A stretch of 20,000 bases of DNA from an uncultured virus (IMG/VR IMGVR_UViG_2822120212_000001) (Duplodnaviria; Heunggongvirae; Uroviricota; Caudoviricetes): IMG/VR virus record IMGVR_UViG_2822120212_000001, positions 45,704 through 65,703 of that record; one strand, given 5' to 3'. The position numbers and the translations under genes are program-made. Below the pieces are notes generated by a model, which was given only the letters and a program-made list of their open reading frames with translations, was not told the DNA's origin and searched no databases. Shown here piece after piece: positions 16,778-20,000 of the stretch; the first letter of the stretch is position 1, and each line of letters begins with the position of its first letter.

Positions 16778-16793
16778 TATGTAATATTGCATA
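16778..16793. promoter_or_regulatory. PlcR box
   Basis: TATGTAATATTGCATA, exact match to TATGNAN4TNCATA; minus-strand TATAAT 22 nt away (16750-16755). Confidence 0.6.
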
Positions 16794-17229
16794 TATATAG
16801 ATTTATTTATATTTTATCTATATAGTTAAATTGTCTGTTATTTTTTTTAATTCATTTATTTATTTTATTTTTGTGCGCTCCAGCAATGGAGCCTTTTTTT
16901 ATGCAATAAAACATTTTCTTTGCGTTATTTAGTTGATCTATATTAACTTTACCTTCTTAAATTATATCTATATTTTACCAAGTAATTATATAGATAACCA
17001 GTTTTTTCTAATAATCTATTTGATAAATAACTTTAATGTTATTTATTATTTGTATATTATTATGTTATAATGGTAATCTCTAAAACTACCCAAAAAAGGC
17101 TGCCAGTAATGGTGGTCTTTTTTATATTGGTGAGATTGTACTAGTATGATAGAATAGAATTAACTGTATATTGTGAGGGTGATTGGTTATCCCTTCTTTC
17201 CATTTGGAAGGAAAGGGGGTGATATACCT

Positions 17230-17385
17230 ATGGAGTTTTTGTTTGAGCTTCTAAAAGAATTTGTGAAAGCCATTGTACGTGAAGTTTCTGCGTATGTTTT
17301 TAGGAAACAAATTTTAGAAAAAGATAACAAAAAACCCACTCCTCGTCGCCGTCGGAAGCAAAAGGGTGGGTTTCGTAAAAAATAA
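17230..17385 (+). CDS. Putative type I toxin peptide (51 aa)
   Basis: ATG 17230 after RBS AAGGGGGTGA that can be sequestered by a 5' hairpin; amphipathic N-terminus and very basic tail; promoter TTGGTG-N17-TAGAAT (17127-17155); terminator 17421-17450. Confidence 0.65.
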   Translation: MEFLFELLKEFVKAIVREVSAYVFRKQILEKDNKKPTPRRRRKQKGGFRKK

Positions 17386-17482
17386 ATGATATAACCACCA
17401 CCCTGACGGTAGCAGTTACTAGAAGAGATGTTAGCGCATCTCTTCTTTTATTATATACACAAGGTATTACTGTAATACTAAT
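17329..17482 (-). ncRNA. Putative antisense antitoxin RNA
   Basis: Minus promoter TTGATT-N16-TATAAT with extended TG (-10 at 17489-17494); minus terminator AAACCCAC...GTGGGTTTTTT inside the toxin 3' end. Confidence 0.55.
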
Positions 17483-17541
17483 ACAGTAATTATATCAAAT
17501 GTACATAAAAAATCAATGAGCACGTAATGGATATAATGTAC

Positions 17542-17602
17542 AAAAGAAAAGCCACCCTAAGGTGCCTTCCTCCGACTTGAACTACTTTAATTTTATATAA
17601 AT
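17542..17602 (-). repeat. Cassette-boundary hairpin repeat copy 3
   Basis: AAAAGAAAAGCCACCCTAAGGTGCCTTCCTCCGACTTGAACTACTTTAATTTTA. Confidence 0.88.
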
Positions 17603-17708
17603 ATACACGTATTACCCCTTTGTTATACGTGTAAACACATCCTATAAAACAGAATCGTCTATATACACCAGATTGTTAGTTCACAAAATATCAAGAGATT
17701 TGAGATCA

Positions 17709-17900
17709 ATATGTTACGTCTTTCAAAAGAATCTGCTTTATAGAATGTATCCACAATTTATATTTTACTACATGTAATATTTATATAGTGTATTTTTTAC
17801 AAATATGTATAATTGCATAAAGTTTACAAGAAAAAGAGAGTATACTTTGGTATTGTGTAATAAAGATATAACCCACCTACGGAAATAGGTGGGTTATTTT
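17709..17900. repeat. ~190-bp diverged direct repeat, copy B (PlcR box 17804-17819, TATACT 17841, terminator 17869-17900)
   Basis: TATGTATAATTGCATA exact PlcR consensus; hairpin TAACCCACCTA CGGAAA TAGGTGGGTTA. Confidence 0.85.
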
Positions 17901-17969
17901 ATATCGGTGAGCTTGTTTATGTAATCTAGAATAAATTCGGTGTATATGAGGATGCTGGAAGGGTATTAA

Positions 17970-18332
17970 TTATAGCGCCAAACTTTGTTCGTATCTCTCT
18001 ACATCTTCCATAGTTTTAAATATTAATACATCAAAAATTCCTTTTTCATTCCCACATACGACAACAAAACCATCCGTTGCTTCCAAAACTCTACCGACGC
18101 CGCCATCCGTAAGCTTAATACTGGTGAGATGTTTTACGTTCAGTTTTTCTTCTTTTTGAATATAAGTAGTTATGGGTGTCCCTACAGGAAATGCGCTTGT
18201 GATATCTTCTGTTGTATATGTACCATCTATTGATTGAGTTTGAGCTGCGATGGAATCAGTTTGAGTGGTACATCCTGTTGAGCTTATTAAAAGAATTCCA
18301 GTAATAATACTTACACAAGCTTTTTTTACCAT
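17970..18332 (-). CDS. Lipoprotein of unknown function
   Basis: RBS AGGAGG; lipoprotein-type signal MVKKACVSIITGILLISSTG-C. Confidence 0.8.
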   Translation of the reverse strand: MVKKACVSIITGILLISSTGCTTQTDSIAAQTQSIDGTYTTEDITSAFPVGTPITTYIQKEEKLNVKHLTSIKLTDGGVGRVLEATDGFVVVCGNEKGIFDVLIFKTMEDVERYEQSLAL

Positions 18333-18465
18333 TCACAAAATCCTCCTATAACTGTTCGTATTGTCAACCCATTTAGGATAACAAATTGTATATACGAAGT
18401 TTGTTGGTTCATGTGAGTCGTAAAACAATAAAGATACAGGTATTTTGGCAGAATGTGTTTCAAAC

Positions 18466-18503
18466 AAAAGAAAAGACACCATAAGGTGTCTTCCTCCGAT
18501 TTG
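18466..18503 (-). repeat. Cassette-boundary hairpin repeat copy 4
   Basis: AAAAGAAAAGACACCATAAGGTGTCTTCCTCCGATTTGA. Confidence 0.85.
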
Positions 18504-18579
18504 ATAATATGAAACCATCACTGTAGTATCTAAGATAAGAGTAAGCAGTTTATGCCGCCTTGCTTAGGACGGTAGTCCA

Positions 18580-19059
18580 TTATTTATTGATAGTGAAGAA
18601 ATCAGACTTCAAGTGCTTACCATTAATATAAGATACAGCAATGTAGGTGCCTGGTAAATAATTATCAGTGATTGTAGTGTCCCAGATCGCCTGAGTTACG
18701 CCAATTGCAACTACATGATAGTCGATTGTTTTATAACGAGATAATTCACCGCTACCATCATCTGCAACACGGAAAATCTTTACCTGATCCTTACCTAATG
18801 CTAAAGACGAGTTCCAGTCTGCCATAAGTGTGAAATTATACCCAGTTTTATAGCTAGACATCAATTTTTGCTTGTACGAATCTGGCATTGGGTCGATATA
18901 CTGTAAAATCCAAGTATTGTCAATTCCCCAAGGATCATAAGGATTCGCATATTGTACTGCTTTTTCTGACGCTGCTGCTGGTTTTGCATCCAGTGCCGCT
19001 AAACCTGTAAAGCCACCTAAAGCTAAAGCTCCGACTAATGCTAATTTTCCTAGTTTCAT
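18580..19059 (-). CDS. Secreted protein, DUF5065-like
   Basis: RBS AGGGGGA; signal peptide ending PAAA; VKIFRV...GELSRYKTI...YLPGTYIAV resembles the Bacillus DUF5065 family from recall. Confidence 0.7.
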   Translation of the reverse strand: MKLGKLALVGALALGGFTGLAALDAKPAAASEKAVQYANPYDPWGIDNTWILQYIDPMPDSYKQKLMSSYKTGYNFTLMADWNSSLALGKDQVKIFRVADDGSGELSRYKTIDYHVVAIGVTQAIWDTTITDNYLPGTYIAVSYINGKHLKSDFFTINK

Positions 19060-19161
19060 TAAAAATCCCCCTAAATATTTCTATAATTACAATCAATTAC
19101 TATATAATGATATAATTACTTGTATAATATTTCAAATATTTTCTAAAAAAGTTATAAATAT

Positions 19162-19219
19162 AAAAAAAGACACCATAAGGTGCCTTTCTCCGACTTGAAC
19201 CACTTTAATTTTAATAATA
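19162..19219 (-). repeat. Cassette-boundary hairpin repeat copy 5
   Basis: AAAAAAAGACACCATAAGGTGCCTTTCTCCGACTTGAACCACTTTAATTTTAATAATA. Confidence 0.88.
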
Positions 19220-19392
19220 TGTATTGGACTCTCATCCCGATATTATTTTACCATGTTAAGTTGTTTTGTTCATTGAGGGGGTATCATCATATCGCCATCT
19301 ACTTAAAAGTACTTACTACCCATTCTTGTTATAAATATTATTCTGCCAAGATTAATAAGAAGAGATGAAAAAAACACGCTAAGCAAAAAATA

Positions 19393-19422
19393 AAATAAGC
19401 TGCCCATATGGACAGCTTATTT
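19393..19422. terminator. Terminator-like hairpin
   Basis: AAATAAGCTGCCC ATAT GGACAGCTTATTT. Confidence 0.65.
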
Positions 19423-19619
19423 ACATGATTTTTGTTATCAGAAGTAAAATTTAACTCGAAAATAGCTAATTTTATCAGTTGTTGAATGTCTGAAAAAAAT
19501 TAAACTAATGATATTGTCGGGATCCTTTGGTAACTTCTTGCTGTGATGACTATCATAGTGACTTTTTCTCCAACAACCACTATTAGTGGTTAATTATCAT
19601 AAGGAATTATTTTTGAAAT

Positions 19620-19764
19620 TTGCTATTTTTTAGAAAGTATGTTAATTTAAGAAAGACCTATTTTTGTTCGGTTTGAGATTAAGAATAAATTTTGTTTTTC
19701 GTCTAAGGTATTTGAGCAAGGGTAGTAACATATGTGTGGGTATCCACACTAGGAGGCAACAATT
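19620..19764 (+). promoter_or_regulatory. csp promoter and long 5' UTR with cold-box-like motif
   Basis: TTGCTA-N17-TAATTT; TATTTTTGTTC (19659-19669) like the B. subtilis cspB cold box; GTGTGG GTAT CCACAC hairpin before RBS AGGAGG. Confidence 0.55.
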
Positions 19765-19965
19765 ATGGAACAAGGTAAAGTAAAATGGTTTAATGCAGAC
19801 AAAGGTTTTGGATTCATCGAGCGTGAAGGTGGAGAAGACGTATTCGTACATTTCTCAGCTATCCAAATCGACGGTTACAAATCTTTAGACGAAGGACAAA
19901 GTGTAACGTTTGAAGTAGAACAAGGACAACGTGGCCTACAAGCTACTAATGTTCAAAAAGCTTAA
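19765..19965 (+). CDS. csp: Cold-shock protein (CspA family, CspC-like)
   Basis: GKVKWFN, KGFGFI (RNP1), DVFVHFSAI (RNP2), 66 aa. Confidence 0.97.
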   Translation: MEQGKVKWFNADKGFGFIEREGGEDVFVHFSAIQIDGYKSLDEGQSVTFEVEQGQRGLQATNVQKA

Positions 19966-19977
19966 TATTAGTTCATG

Positions 19978-20000
19978 AAAGACCCTCTTGTAGGGTCTTT
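19978..20000 (+). terminator. Terminator of csp
   Basis: AAAGACCCT CTTGT AGGGTCTTT. Confidence 0.8.

Noticed and set aside
16287..19219. Five-copy repeat as a CRISPR array or tRNA genes
   Set aside because: Spacing is 0.3-1 kb with genes between, no cas genes, and only a T-loop-like 10-mer with no cloverleaf.
18333..19851. ORFs 18333-18521, 19180-19368, 19642-19851 and a tiny minus ORF near 19500-19556
   Set aside because: They run through the repeat elements or antisense to csp and lack convincing RBS or motifs.

Overview
AT-rich window that looks like a temperate siphophage of the Bacillus cereus group living as a plasmid prophage (phage-plasmid). Order: 3' part of a tail/minor structural protein (open from base 2), AbrB-like regulator, lysis module (XhlA-like, holin, signal-peptide amidase), secreted moron, disrupted SOS-box yolD, Xre HTH divergent from a membrane protein-FtsK-Replic_Relax-pilin-remnant module with a 12-bp-period repeat array, secreted moron, sigmaH-type RacA/TubY-like gene, type Ib ParA partition locus with ATAGGG repeats, then ~1.1 kb with no credible ORF, then an accessory region (Zn-motif orphan, type I TA-like locus, lipoprotein, DUF5065-like, cold-shock protein) punctuated by five copies of a hairpin repeat and by PlcR boxes. 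Best candidate for something new: the ORF-free region next to par (13750-14850) has convergent sigmaA promoters, three hairpins with TACCA loops as in ColE1 RNAI/RNAII, an attenuator-like stem and two nested GC-rich RNA domains, but no rep gene. This suggests an antisense-controlled, RNA-primed, Rep-less replicon. All family assignments are from motif recognition by eye; no searches or folding were run.
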